Part shown: piece by piece, positions 13,794-27,179 of the stretch
How the letters are laid out: the number at the start of each line of letters is the position of its first letter
How positions within the stretch are numbered: the first letter of the stretch is position 1
Assembly: GCF_009914755.1 (NCBI RefSeq)
Contig: NC_060927.1
Reading direction: 5' to 3' (one strand)
DNA: 64,000 nt
DNA from: the human T2T-CHM13v2.0 reference genome, Homo sapiens
Made by a program: the position numbers and the translations under genes
The notes under the pieces: generated by a model
Seen by the model: the letters and a program-made list of their open reading frames with translations, nothing else
The model's database searches: none
Told to the model about the DNA's origin: nothing

Positions 13794-14526
13794 AAGTTTC
13801 TCCAGTTTCATTTCTAATTGAGGTTTTTGGGATCTTCTCTCTTCTTTTCTTGGTTAATCTAGCTAGCGGTCTATCAATTTTTTTTTCAAAGAACCAGTTT
13901 TTTTGTTTCATTGATATTTTGTATTGTTTTGTTGGAATTTCATTTAGTTCTGCTCTGATCTTTGTTATTTCTTTTCTTCTTCTGACTTTAGGTTTAGTTT
14001 GTTCTTGTTTCTCCAGTTCCATGAGGTGTGACGTTAGGTTGTCAATTTGTGCCCTTTCAGACTTTTTGATGTAGGCATTTCATGCTATAAACTTTCCTCT
14101 TAGCACTGCTTTTGCTGTATCCCAGAGGTTTTGGTAACTTGTGCCATTATTATCATTCAATTTGTAGAATTTTTACATTTCCATCTTAGTTTCGTTATTA
14201 ACCCAGGTATTCAGGAGCAGGTTATTTAACTTTCATGTATTTGTATAGTTTTGAGGGTTCCTTTTGGAGTTGATTTCTAGTTTTGTTCTCCTGTGGTCTG
14301 AGAAGATACTTGACATGATTTTGATTTTTTTTTCAGTTTATTGAGATTGGTTTTGTGGCCTATCATACGGTCTATCTTGGAGAATGTTCCATGTACTGAT
14401 GAGAATGTATATTCTGCAGATGTTAGGTAGAATGCTCTGTAAATATCTGTTAAGTCCATTAGTTCTAGAATGTCATTTAAGCCCATTGTTTCTCTGTTGA
14501 CTTTCTGTTTCAAAGATCTGTCTAAT

Positions 14527-14711
14527 AGGATGGGGAACATCACACACCGGGGCCTGTCGTTGGGTGGGGGGAGGGATAGCATTAGGAGATATACCTAATG
14601 TAAATGATGAGTTAATGGGTGCAGCAAACCAACATGGCACATGTCTACATATGTAACAAACCTGCACGTTGTGCACATGTACCCAAGAACTTAAAGTATA
14701 TATATATATAA
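14527..14711 (+). mobile_element. Severely 5'-truncated L1PA (PA4-6-like) 3' UTR insertion
   Basis: L1PA 3' UTR with (TA)n tail; TSD aaagatctgtcta at 14512-14524 and 14712-14724. Confidence 0.9.
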
Positions 14712-14976
14712 AAAGATCTGTCTAGTGCTGTCAGTGGTGTATTAAAGTCTCCCACTATTACTGTTTTGCTGTCTATCTCATTTCTTAGGTATAGTAGTAA
14801 TTGTTTTATGTATCTAGAAGCTCCAGTGTTTGGTGCATATAAATTTAGGGATTTAATATCTTCTTGTTGAACTGATCCTTTTATCATTACATAGTAACCA
14901 TCATTGTCTTTTTTGTTTTTACTGTTGTTGCTTTGAAATCTGTTTTGTCTTTGAAGTAGCTATAAGAGTAGATACT

Positions 14977-15394
14977 TGTATTAATCATTCTCACATTGCT
15001 TTAAAGAAATACCTGAGACTGGGTAATTTTAAAGAAAAGAGGTTTAATTGGTTCATAGTTCTGCAGGCTATGCAGGAAGCATAGCAGCTTCTGCTTCTGG
15101 GGAGACCTCAGGAAACTTACAATCACGGTGGAAGGTGAAGAGGAAGCAGGCGTGTCTTACATGGCTGGAACAGGAGGAATGGGGGTGGGTGTGCTATAAA
15201 CTTTTAAAACAACCAGATCTTGTGATAACTCACTCACTCACTATCAGGAGAACAGCACTGTGGGGATGCTGCTAAACCATTATTCAAGGATCTACCCCAA
15301 TGGTCCAATCACCTCCCACCAAGCCCCACCTCCAACATGGGGGATTATAATTCAACATGAGATTTGGGCAGGGATACAGATCCAAACTATATTA
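14977..15394 (-). mobile_element. MaLR solo LTR (MSTA/MSTB-like)
   Basis: tgtatt...aaatacctgagactgggtaa...gagatttggg; 5-bp flanks atact/ctact. Confidence 0.85.
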
Positions 15395-15482
15395 CTACTC
15401 CTGCTTGCTTTTGGTTTCCATTTGTGTTCCACTTACCTTGAGTTTATATAAATCCTTCCATGTTAGGTTGAGTCTCTTGAAG

Positions 15483-15668
15483 CCCGACATGCACCAAAAT
15501 AGAACCTCTTGAAAGCTTAAAACTCATAGGGCCTATAAAACAATAACACAACAACAACAAAACTATCTAGGTAACAACATGAATAAGAGACTAGTACCTC
15601 ACATCTTAATATGAATGTTGAATGTAAACTGTCTAAATGTTCCTCTTAAAAGATACAGGATGGCAGAA
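15483..15668 (+). mobile_element. Inverted 5' segment of the outer L1PB (inter-ORF region and ORF2 start)
   Basis: Sense L1 sequence (gtacctcacatc, aaaagatacaggatggcagaa) abutting the right TSD. Confidence 0.75.
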
Positions 15669-15682
15669 TGCTGCATTATTTT

Positions 15683-16320
15683 AAAGCAGGTTCCAAACAT
15701 CATCTGATCTTGTCTGTATATACTTGAATATATATATCCTGAATAGTTGAATGTATTTTTCATAACCCCATACCATTATAATACCTAAAAAACAATATTT
15801 ACTGAATATCATTTTATACAGTCTGTTAAAATTTCCCAGATTGTGTCAAAAGTGTCATTTTATAGTTATTTTGCTTAAAGTAGGATGCAAACAAGGTCTG
15901 CACATTGTATTTGACTATTTATCTGTAACATATTTCCCTTGACTCTTGTATGCCATTATTTGTTGAAGCAATTAGGGCATTTGGCCTGTAGAATTTCCAT
16001 ATTCTTATCTTAGCTGGTTGCCTCTTTACTGTGTTGTTTACATGCCCCTTTAGACTCCACACTTCTTGTAAACCAGTAGTTGGGGGGCATTAAGGGTGCC
16101 ACTGCTACTGAGTTGTTGTTGCTTCTAGGCCCTTCCAAAGAACAAAGGTAGGAAGCAGACATTTTCTAGAAAAAGAAATAGATCATGATGTTACCTCCCA
16201 TTTAAATTTAGAATTATGTGATTTTCTGTGAAATATTTTAATTTTATATTAGTTCCATTTTTATTACGTGGAAAATCTTTATCCCTAACAAGACTTACAT
16301 AATCACTTACAATCTATCTA
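15683..16320 (-). mobile_element. Old L1M (L1MC-like) 3' fragment
   Basis: taccattataatacctaa, aggatgcaaacaaggtc, cctgtagaatttcc motifs. Confidence 0.5.
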
Positions 16321-17139
16321 TCTAGATACATTTCTTTCTGAATAATCAATATTATTTCAATCTTGGCCAAAGCCCCACGGCCCTGGAACAGTCACCTAAT
16401 ATGCCTGAACTCTGTCTACACAACTGTAAAATGGACATGGGAGCTCTTGCCCTCCCCCTCAACCCACTGTGGCAAGAGCAAATGAAACAATGGATGTAAG
16501 CGTCATTTGTAAAGACAGGAAAGCACCTAGGGAAGAAAAGCAATCACCTATAGGGGCCTGTGAAAAAGTTCCAAGGAATACTGAGCATGGGTTTTTCAGG
16601 CAACCAGATTTCCAGACCCTTAATTTTCATCCACATACTTTTCTGGTTTTATTTGCCTAAGAACACCTCTGAGTTTCCATTTGTCCTCTCACTTTATTGT
16701 TTTAAAAAAGCAAAAAGGCATACTCCTCACTCACCCGTGATCTGACTATGGTAATATTGCTATGAGGTGTGCACACCTCAGGAAGAATGGAAAAAAATAA
16801 GAGGAAGAGTTCTTTATTGCTTAGACAAGATTCCATTAACTCCTGAGCTCTCATGTTTTCCCATCTTATGCAATTTATGTTAAGGAAGAAGATATTCTAG
16901 AAAATAGTATTTTGACATATATTAGGATGTTCTGAATATAGACATATGGTAACCAGAATGGTAAGAGACAAGATATTTTCCGTCTTAAAGGAGAGTCCAA
17001 TGACAGTAAAGCAAAGAGAACATCAGCTAGAAACACTGAATGCCAGAGGAAAAAAGAACGTGGCTTTTTCAAATATGTTTAAATGTAAGCAATACTTTTC
17101 AGCCACCTTCAGTACTAATCCTAGGTCAGGTCTCCAGCT

Positions 17140-18040
17140 CAAAGGAAGAGTATCAAAGTACAGTCCAGGCATATAGGTTGGGCTGTACTGATGCATTTAA
17201 ATATAACTGCAAGATTTGCCAAGACTTTCACAATTCTCAAGATATATCAAATAAAATGCACAGATACCAATTTTAGGTGACTTATTTGTATGTAGTATAT
17301 GTTATTCAATAAGGTAATTGAAAATCCATCTTATGAAATGATATGAAATAATCCAATGATAGCTATTGCTCATTTTAATTTACCATATAAAATATTTAAC
17401 ATTTTCTACTTCCTATTAACAGGAATAATATTATCCTAGCTTCTGGACTGATTCATTTTTAGCAGAATATGCCTTTCTCTTTCATTAAATACATATGAAA
17501 AGTTAGAAAATCGTTCATCTCATTAGGAGATGCACTTCCAATTACATTTAACTTTATGTTTAAAAAATGATCAAAATTGGTGACATTTTAATGCAATTTT
17601 GATCAGTTGTATGATAATTCAATCCAGAAGCAATTTTTTAAAGCATGGGGAGCCTTAAGGTCACAAGAATAAAATATATTTTTAATGTATTATGAATACA
17701 TATGTAATATATTTTAATGTATGATAGGATGATCAATAAAATATCTTCAAATTTTAAAAGTATATTAAATTATGTTAAAGGTTCATGGAGGAAGTACAAA
17801 AGAAATATAAATTCAAGGAGAAAAAGGGAAAATGTAAAATTTCTCAACAGTAAAGAAGAGCCTATTCATATGTTTTAAATGGGATGGTGATGAGCATGAA
17901 ATCTTTATGAGCTCCAGATTCTCTTTAATATTTTAAGATTGATAGTTGTATGTTTAAATGTCAATATTTGCAGTAAAATGAAAATTATATCCCTTGCAAT
18001 CACTTAAACTTATCGTGAAAACTTCTACCTATGAACTTAA
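17140..18040. mobile_element. Possible ancient hAT DNA transposon fragment
   Basis: Very AT-rich block resembling recalled hAT remnants; no terminal inverted repeats identified. Confidence 0.25.
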
Positions 18041-18289
18041 AAATATGTGACAGTTATATTGTTTTTTGAGATTCTTTTTTGCGATGTGCATGCAAACAAA
18101 AATTTGAAGACGACAGAACTGTGGGAAGGCCACAGTTGCACAGACAGGAGGTGCTATCTTCTCCTTCCTGGCCCCACCCTCTCTGCCTGTGTCTGCCTGA
18201 GCAGCCTCCAACCAGCCTGCACACAGAAATGCTCTTTTCTCTTTAGTCAACTCCCTGTTTAAAAAATAATAATAAAAAACACATAGCAC

Positions 18290-18785
18290 ATTAGTTAGCT
18301 ATAGCCACAATTATATTGCATGAAAAAACAACCAGAAAACCTCAGTGGCAGACAACAAAAAGTACTTATTCCAGTTCATGAGTCCTTGGGTTGGCTGAGC
18401 AGTTCTGTTAATCTTGCCCAGGCTCTGTTGACCTCTGGTGGGCTCTCTCATGCATCGGCAGTCACTGGGATGGCTTGTCTCTGCTCTACATCATCTCTCA
18501 TTCTCCAGGAGGCCAGTTTATGCTTATTATGATGGCAGCTAAACAGGCTTCTGAGAGAGAAAAGCATGCAAAGCTGCTTGAAGGCCTCGCTCAGCACTGG
18601 CATTCCATCACTGGCATCTCCCCACATCCTGTTGGCCAAAGCAAGTCAGAAGGTCTCCCAGATCCAAGGAATGAGGCAGTAGTCTCCCCCGCTTAATAGG
18701 AGGAGCTACAAAGTCACATTGGAAAGGAGCATGGATGTGGGAAAATATAGAGAATTGGGCCTATGTTTGCAATGAATCTATCACA
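18290..18785 (-). mobile_element. MaLR LTR (old MLT1)
   Basis: attagttagctatagc...ctcagtggc...ttggccaaagcaagtca...aatctatcaca. Confidence 0.65.
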
Positions 18786-19832
18786 AACCATAATAGCTAC
18801 TATGACTTAGGTCCTTGTAATGAACCAGACACTGTGATTAGAAACTTTAAATGTGTTAATGCTTTTGTTCCTCAAAGAACGTAGAGAATCTATATATATC
18901 CTGTTTTTTTTATTTCTACTCCTCCTTTTCTCCCACAGGTACCCTGAAAGCCACTTTCTTTCCTTTAATGGGACTGAAACAAAGACTTGAGGAAGCTGTA
19001 GGCCACAGTAACCAAAAGGAAAGTTAGGATGGCAGAGCAAAGTTTCTGCTCCCTCAAATCAAGTAAGGCTGGGGCTGGTGGTCAGGAGAAGAGAAGGCAC
19101 ACAGGAGGAAGATGCAGAGGGACTGTGAGTGCTCAGAGTGAGGGAGAGAAGGCTCTCCTGTCTTTAGGATGAGGAATGGGGAGATGGGGGCTGTACCCAC
19201 TCCCTTTAAGGGTCCATCCCATTTCTCTCTTTTATTTAGCCAATATGAAGCCTGTATTGATACTTTGCTCACGTCTAAATGAGTCCTTCTACTCCTAAGT
19301 CCAAGCACTCATTGAAGGGAGTGTGAAGGTTTGAGTCTGCTGAAGAAGTAGGCAGCCTTGTCATGACACTTCTTTCCTGAGGGATCTCCAGGACTCCTCA
19401 TTACTTGTATAGGGCTGAGACTCTGGACAGGGGGTGCTGAAAGGCTAAATCTCCATGGCCTCTGGTCTCTGCCCCCACAGAGATTCCTCTGTGAGAAGAT
19501 GCCAATCAAAGAGGGTGAGGCTTCCTCACAACCATGGGGAGGTTACCTGATTCAGGAAGAATGGGCAATTAAACATGAGTTTGAAGATTGCTTTTTTGAG
19601 GTAGGCCAGTCTCGCTGAAAAATGATCATCTACCTGGAGACAAAGGAGGTGTTGGTGAGTTGGTGACATGGGTATAATCTGAGCCCAAGCAGTTTATTTC
19701 ACTGGCTCTCTGCATTGTGTTTTTGAGACCTTCAAAGTCTCAGTATTATCCTGTTAGTCTCACATTGTCTTGGCCTCTGTGGTATGTAAATAAAGTCAGC
19801 ATAGGGTATTCTGAAAGTTGAGGGTGTCGAGG

Positions 19833-20275
19833 ATGTCGTAAGAGTCTTTGTTCTCCCAGCAGCAGATCTTGAGATCAGGATTCTAATGCAGGTAGTTTAC
19901 TTGGGAGAAGATCCTAGGAAACACTAGAGGAGAGTGGGGAAATGGTGCGGGAAAGGGAGGGAAGCCAATACAAGGTGCATTTTTAAGGCTCTTACTACTG
20001 TGGGAAACTGGGGTTTAATCTCTCTTGGGAACTCTGGATGCTAGTGTAGAACACACGCCTCAGAGTTATTCCACTCAAGAGATGAGAGAGCTGCCATATT
20101 TATCCACCACCTCCCATTGGTGCAACAACAGGGTACCAGTTATGGGCACTCTTGTGGCATAGCTGACTCTACTGGCCAGTAGAAGCCTTTAGACAAATAG
20201 ACATCAGGGCTAGCATTGAAAAAGGGCTGACATTAGTGGAAATGATAAGAATTAAGGGGATGTGGGTAAGGCATG
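19833..20275 (-). mobile_element. ERVL LTR (LTR16-like)
   Basis: gcagatcttgagatcaggatt...gtttacttggga...cctcagagttatt. Confidence 0.55.
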
Positions 20276-20897
20276 TTCCATAGAAGTCTTCTGTGATTCA
20301 CTCCCTGGAACTTACAAGGAAGGTACCTTGGTTAAGCTGCAGGGGTGTCGACATCTATAGGAGCAGGAGCATCCAGGAGAGGAAAATCCATCCCAACACC
20401 TAGAGAATGGTGTCCTCACTGCATAGGCAGACATTCAAGGTCCAGCCTGACCAGATCCTATTGTGTCCCACATGCTCCTTTTGGTTTATTCTCCCCAGTC
20501 TCCTTGTTGGCCACAGTCTTACACAGACTCTACCTCCACTATGCTTTGTTTGTCTGATTGTCTCCCTTCCCTCTCCTCTTTGCCTTGCCTGGCTCCACCC
20601 AATCCTTAAAGCTTCAGGTCAGGTCCCGCCTCTTTTCTCAAGTCTTCTTTTTTCAATACCTATCCTTCAGGCCATGGGCTTGTCCAAACCCCTTGTGCCT
20701 TTTTGTCATGGCCTTTCCTTTGTCATATTGTTTATTGCATTGTGTTTTCATGTAACTGAATGTGTGTGGGTCTAGTTTCCTCCATTTGATAACATATTAT
20801 ATGAATTTGTGCATCTTTTCATTGTGCCTCGATGGTCAGCACAAGGCTATGTGTATAACAGATGCTTTGAAATAGATGCTTTTCCAATTTTGGGTGA

Positions 20898-21390
20898 TGT
20901 ATTGAGCAAGATATTGGCTTGGCTACCAAGAGAGGCCAAAAATAACCATGGCTTAAAGAAAGTAGATGTTTTAATTCTCTATTATTAAGGATAAGTAAGT
21001 TTTATAATTACAGATGTCTTTGTTTTAGCTGGTGGTCCAGGGCAGCTCTACCACCTGAGGGTAAACATGGACCCAAGGTTCTTTTATTGTTGTCTCATCA
21101 AGCTGTTGGTTTTGTCAGCATGGTCAAACTGACTTACTTCTGAGATTGTGGTATCTGACACTTGGACAGTGGGGAAGAAGGAGTGAAGAGCAAGCAGCTT
21201 CCTTTTTTAAGAATGTGATCTGGAAGTTAGTTAGACAAATCATTTCTCAACTAGAATTTCATCAAACGGCCACACTTAGCTCAAGGGAGCCTGGGAAATG
21301 TTGTATCTAGCTTTGTGGCTAAAATTTGGGATGACTGTTCTGAAAGGAAGAATAGAAGAATGGATGTTGAGGGACAGCCCTCTGACACAG
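20898..21390 (-). mobile_element. MaLR LTR (old MLT1)
   Basis: tgtattgag...atggcttaaa...ggccacacttagctcaagggag...ctctgacaca. Confidence 0.5.
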
Positions 21391-22019
21391 AGTGCTTACA
21401 AATCTAGCTTTACTTTGAATAACATATGCCATTGCAGCAGATCTGAATAGTTAAAATATTAACACATCCCATTTACTTATTCCTATATTTCTCACAAACG
21501 CAATTAGTAATTTCATTATGCTCAGATACAACGTGTAGAGGAATAATATTTGAAATTTTAATGGAAGTATCTTCATTCTTGCTAATACATTTTAATCTAC
21601 AGTCTTTCCTCCACTAAAATTAGACCATGAGGTGGGGGCTTATCTCCTCAGGAGCGAACTGAAATGTGGAGATAGAAATGAGCCAGTGCTCAGCTTTGAG
21701 TTTTGAAACAGACTTTTGATGCTCACGGCAGATGCGGTAACTTTGAGAGATAAGACTTTTAAAGTTCTAGAGTGCTTGAATACCAGAAGCCTAAAGTGTA
21801 TGCCCTAACCAATAATTTTTGAAGGAGTACATTAGGATAAAAGAAATTGTTTTCCTATCCAAAAGGAAATAGGGACTGTAGGAGGGGTGAGGAGGAGAGA
21901 GATAGCTAGAGAGGGGCAACAGAGGAAAGTATTGGGGAAGGCTCTGAGCAGAGGTTCTGTTCCTTCCCCCACCCCAGGCAGACTCCTGGTTTGGGGAGGA
22001 CTCAGAGATGGGGTCATCA

Positions 22020-22250
22020 GATTGGGTGGTGGAGCCGGACCACTTGGTTTGAATCCCGGTTTCACCATTTCTTAGTCTTGTGAATTGGGTAACTTGTCTC
22101 TGTGTTTTAATTTCCTATTCTTTAAGATGGAGATAGTAACAATAATAATAATATCTACTTTATGTTGTTATCTTGAGGGTTCAATGAGTAAGTACATGTA
22201 AAACACGTAAAGCCTGGTACATAATAATCACCAATTAAATTTATTGTTAT
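22020..22250 (+). mobile_element. MIR SINE
   Basis: ggtttgaatcccggtttcaccatt core; ttattgttattatt tail. Confidence 0.7.
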
Positions 22251-23021
22251 TATTAATACCCGAGAGAAGAGGGATCTGTGTAGGGTTTCACTTTGTCTCT
22301 AATTTTAAACATCTCTAATATGTAACATTTCTTCCACATTTTTTTTCAGTTGCATATGATTCAGACTTTTTACATTTGGGAGTTTAAAATTTTATTAAGT
22401 AATACTACTCATTGCTCTTTAATTATACAAAGAAGCACTGAGAATGACGAACTTCTTACAAACCCTGAGTACATTGCATGAGATCCAAAATCTGTAAATC
22501 ATGTTTGATGATACGCTTTGTAGAAATTCTAGATATAATTTCAAAAAGATCAAGTGAATTAACATTCAAAGATGAATGCGATTATTATAAGCAGTCACAG
22601 CATCCCTGTCACCTGCCATTAACAACATTTACAGGCAGAATACACATGCTATTCATCCATCTGTGGATACCTGCAGGTTTATTGGACTGAAAGATTATGA
22701 GGCAACTATATCCCGATAAAACTTGGAGGAACCACACATTGAGGAGAAGATTTCCACAAGCATAGAGCTAATGCAGACAATTTGAAAAGGATTGGCTTCA
22801 TGCTGTCATGAAATTACAATTGCAATTGACTCTGGGGGAACACTTGAGTGGACTTGAGGGAAATGGCTTATGGGATAATCCCAGGGCCTTACATGGATTG
22901 ACTAGCCCCTTCTTGGTAGTGATGTCATTCCTTTCCTCTGTGCTACACACGTTCATGTGCAAACACAAACACATCCCACACTCCAACAGGAAGCACAGTT
23001 CCCCCAAGTGCAGCTGCTTAG

Positions 23022-23035
23022 GTTACCATAGCAAC
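23022..23035. promoter_or_regulatory. RFX X-box motif
   Basis: GTTACCATAGCAAC versus consensus GTTRCCATRGYAAC, in apparently unique sequence. Confidence 0.55.
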
Positions 23036-23929
23036 CCTTGTAGCCAAGTTCCCAGCTGAACAAGTTTCACAAGACACCAGAATGTTTTCTTGCACTGCTC
23101 TTCCAGAATTGGGCTGAGATGGATCCAAGAATGGCCTGCAGTGAGGGCAGTGGGAAAGGCCCCCCAAAAACACCAGACTGACATCAAGTGTGGCTACAGG
23201 GAAGGAAGACTGCCTATGTACTTGGAGTGACTTACCTGGGAAGGGTGAAATTACACATCCAGCCCCTCTCAGGACACTCTGCAGGACTCATGGTTCAAGG
23301 AGGTGAGAACGGCTCTGTGCAGAACCATGGCTGCTAATACCCAAGTTCCAGGCTGCAGATAGGTACTCACTTTCAGCCTCGTGGTTGGAGGGCTTGAGCT
23401 GAACAGAAAATCCCCATCTTCTTCTAAAAAAACAAAACAACCTAAACAAACAAAACAAAAAATCTCTAATAAAATTCATGGTCAAAACAGATGAATGTCC
23501 CTTATACCTTGTCTCAAGGTTTTTTGCTGCCAGTTGCCTGTTACTGATTTAAACCAACAGTCCCCCCCTCAGTTCCCAGCACATTCATTCTGTGAACTGG
23601 ACCCTGGGTATGGGGACTTGGCACAAGAACTAGAACAAGGTAAAGGAATTCACTGTGAGATCTTGTATTCCATGGCCTCCTCATACTCAGACCATGATCA
23701 AAATCTATTTAGGCCTCTTTAGGGCTGGCCAATACGATCTAAAAAGCTATAGTCTTGTGATAAGGAAAGCTCTGTAAGCTCCACAAAGTCATTTCCCTCA
23801 ACAGTATCTTATTTAAACCTAGCAACAAGTTTGCAAGAGTAGGGAAGGTTTTCTTCTATCTGCTTGATGGAGAAACTATACAAACTACTTTTACAAATAC
23901 ATGACAATATGTTAAAATCTATATCTATG

Positions 23930-24520
<591 letters not shown>

Positions 24521-24689
24521 CTCTTCTTATTTTTTATTGTTCTCTTCCTCCTTTTTCTTTCTCCTTGTGTTCTAATTCCAAATAACCTGTATTCCTTGTG
24601 TAATTTAAAATATTGTAGTGATTTCAAAAAATAAAGGTGCGTGATAAATGCACTGGACAATCCAGACCCCTTCTTTAAGTGTTGAAAGT

Positions 24690-24850
24690 TAATTCAGTTT
24701 AAAAGCACAGAGTACCTGGAATCTAACTGCCTGGATTTGAATCCTGATTCCATCTTATGCTGTGGGACCTGGAGCGTGGTGCTTAACCTCTCTAAGCTTC
24801 AGTTCATTCTTTTGTAAAACAGCGATACCTGCCGTATACCTTCCTAAAAG
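24690..24850 (+). mobile_element. MIR SINE
   Basis: ctgcctggatttgaatcctg...cttaacctctctaagcttcagtt. Confidence 0.65.
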
Positions 24851-26419
24851 TGGCTGATGTTAAAACCTTATTCACACCAAGATACTGCATACATTTTCCA
24901 AGGCAGAAAATGCACATAACTGAGGCCTCCTGGATAAATTGCCTTAACCTACAGGATGCTCTAATGGACAGAATTTTAGACACTATGGCAAAAAAGGAGA
25001 CTTGTCATGTCTGCATCAAACCATGTAGGTGCTTATTTGCCTACTACTCTTCCATCCTTCCTCAGCCTTAATTAAAAACCTAATTTCTCTATTACCATAA
25101 CAATGAGTGAAACAACTACTGATTTGTTTCGCCAAATTAATTCTCTTTTTGGGAACCTGGGAGAACAATATTTATCAGAACAGCAGGCAGAGATTTAAAA
25201 ATGGAAACATTTTTCCAATATGTATGCCAAATTCAGAAAATAACGGGATGAATATTTCAAGGTTTGAAGGCATCTTGGAGATTTGTTCACTGCTATGTCC
25301 CCAGCACTCAGGACAATGCTGACACATGGAAGACCTGCAGTAATTACCTGTTGAATGGGTGAGTGAAATTAGTATCACGAAGATCTCACTTTTCATGGTT
25401 TTTTGCTGTTGCTTACACAAAGTACTGTATTTACAAGCCGAACCAGGAAATTAATTTGTTTTGACATTCCATTATGTGTTTCACGTATTATCTCCTGTTG
25501 GCAATGAAGAAAGAACAGGCTTACTTTTCATGCACAGTCAAAATGAACAAACTCCTCTAAATCATTCTATTTGCCTGTGATGAAATGTTTCCAAAGAACT
25601 AAAAACATATGATATTTCCAATGTAGGTTCTGAAGTCCCTCTTTTTTCCTGAGGAAACATGACTGTGTCATGCAATATGACCTTTGGATTAAACAGGCAT
25701 GAGATGGTGAACTCACTAAATATTTTTAAACTTAAGGTAAATATTTTGATGGTTTGGGGGACTTCCCCACATATTCATTTTATCCTTTAAAGGATCAAGA
25801 AAATTTACCTCAACCTCCAAGTTGTACCCAGAGTGAGAGAGGACTAGATACTTTTAACATCTCATAATTTCATCTTCATTTCTCATTTTTGCATATCTAA
25901 GAGTTATTCTGAAGAATTATTGAATGGAAATGAAATAAAAATACATACCACCAATGAAGAAAATTTTGCAACATGGGAACCAACACCTACTCATTTTCTT
26001 TTATTAGCCAAAATCTCTAGAAAAGGAAAGAGTGATGGGGGTGGGGGTGGGGACCAGCCGCAATGCCTACTTTTCTGTGTGTCATCTCTGATGGATAGAT
26101 TCAGTAATTCTTACATTTTTGTGACTAGATCTTTCTGAGCTGGAAATTGCTGCAACCAGCTATGTTTGGGCCTTTGCTTCAGGCACTCTTAGGGTGTGAT
26201 TTAGGAACTATTTTCAGTCCTAATGGGATAATTTAGCACCCAGTCCCCAAAATCACATGATCTGAAGTTCTATGTTGAAGAATTAGAGACTTTCACGCTG
26301 AGAGTTAAACAAAAACCCCTGAAATTATTTAATCCAGCAGTATCCAAACTTTTTTTTAAGCAGCAGAACCTGTTGTTAAAATGAAAGTTTATCTGCAATT
26401 GATAGCAGATAATGTTCAT

Positions 26420-26860
26420 GCCCCATCCAGGGCCCATCAAATCCCCTTGCCATGGTTTAGGCACACTTTTATTTTCAATGGCCAGCACTTACAGTTGGGC
26501 TAGTAGAGGTCACTTTGCCCACACTGGTGGAAAGCCGGAAAGGCCTGGGAATTTACATCCCTCTGGAGTGGCCCTGAGCCAGTGATTCATCAGTACAGGA
26601 AGATGAGAACCCAGTTTTCTTGCCTCTGGGTCAGGACAACTCTGAGATGTAACTTACACTCCAGAGCTCCCCATGGGATCAGGCAGAGGCCACCCCAGAG
26701 GGACTTTGCCTGAGATAACATCCTTCCTTGTCTTCCTCCCCTTCCCAGTCTTGCTTCTCCATCTTCCTTAAAGTCTCGCTGGGAGTATTTCCTTACCAAA
26801 TGACTAGCACATACAATTATTCATCTCAGGGTATCTTCTGGAGAGCCCAGCCTGAGACAG
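26420..26860 (+). mobile_element. ERVL LTR (LTR16A-like)
   Basis: ggacaactctgagatg...ctccagagctcccc...cagcctgagaca. Confidence 0.65.
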
Positions 26861-27179
26861 AAGCCTGAAATGAAAGTGGAATGTGGAAGGGAAGTCTGTA
26901 GACCACTATTGTGTCTGACTTTATTACTTTGTCCTTTCTCAATTTCTCACTTTCTCTCTTGATGAGAAAAATCAAGACCAGGGTGGTAGAGGAGAGGTTG
27001 GAGGGGAAAACCTAACATTATAAAGGCTCAGGGTAGAAAGGGCTCTTCCAAGCCCAGAAAAACACTTTATTATTCCAGGAAGTTTGTTCGTGACAGCAGG
27101 TGCTGCCAACTCTGATGCTGTATCACTTCTGCCACCCTGGAGGTCAACTGTAGCTTCAGTTGATGGTTCCTGATACCCT

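Larger units (their letters stand above)
13794..15482 (-). mobile_element. Second L1 ORF2 endonuclease segment, paralogous to ~9990-11000
   Basis: Peptide MIKGSVQQEDI occurs in both 10538-10828 and 14645-14887; shared tttcatttctaattgag junction sequence. Confidence 0.85.
8381..15668 (-). mobile_element. Composite L1PB-type LINE-1 locus, all ORFs disrupted
   Basis: Poly-T/3' UTR at the left end; L1 ORF2 and ORF1 peptides in the ORF track (8895-9499, 9948-10828, 11459-12189); 14-bp TSD tgctgcattatttt at 8367-8380 and 15669-15682. Confidence 0.9.
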
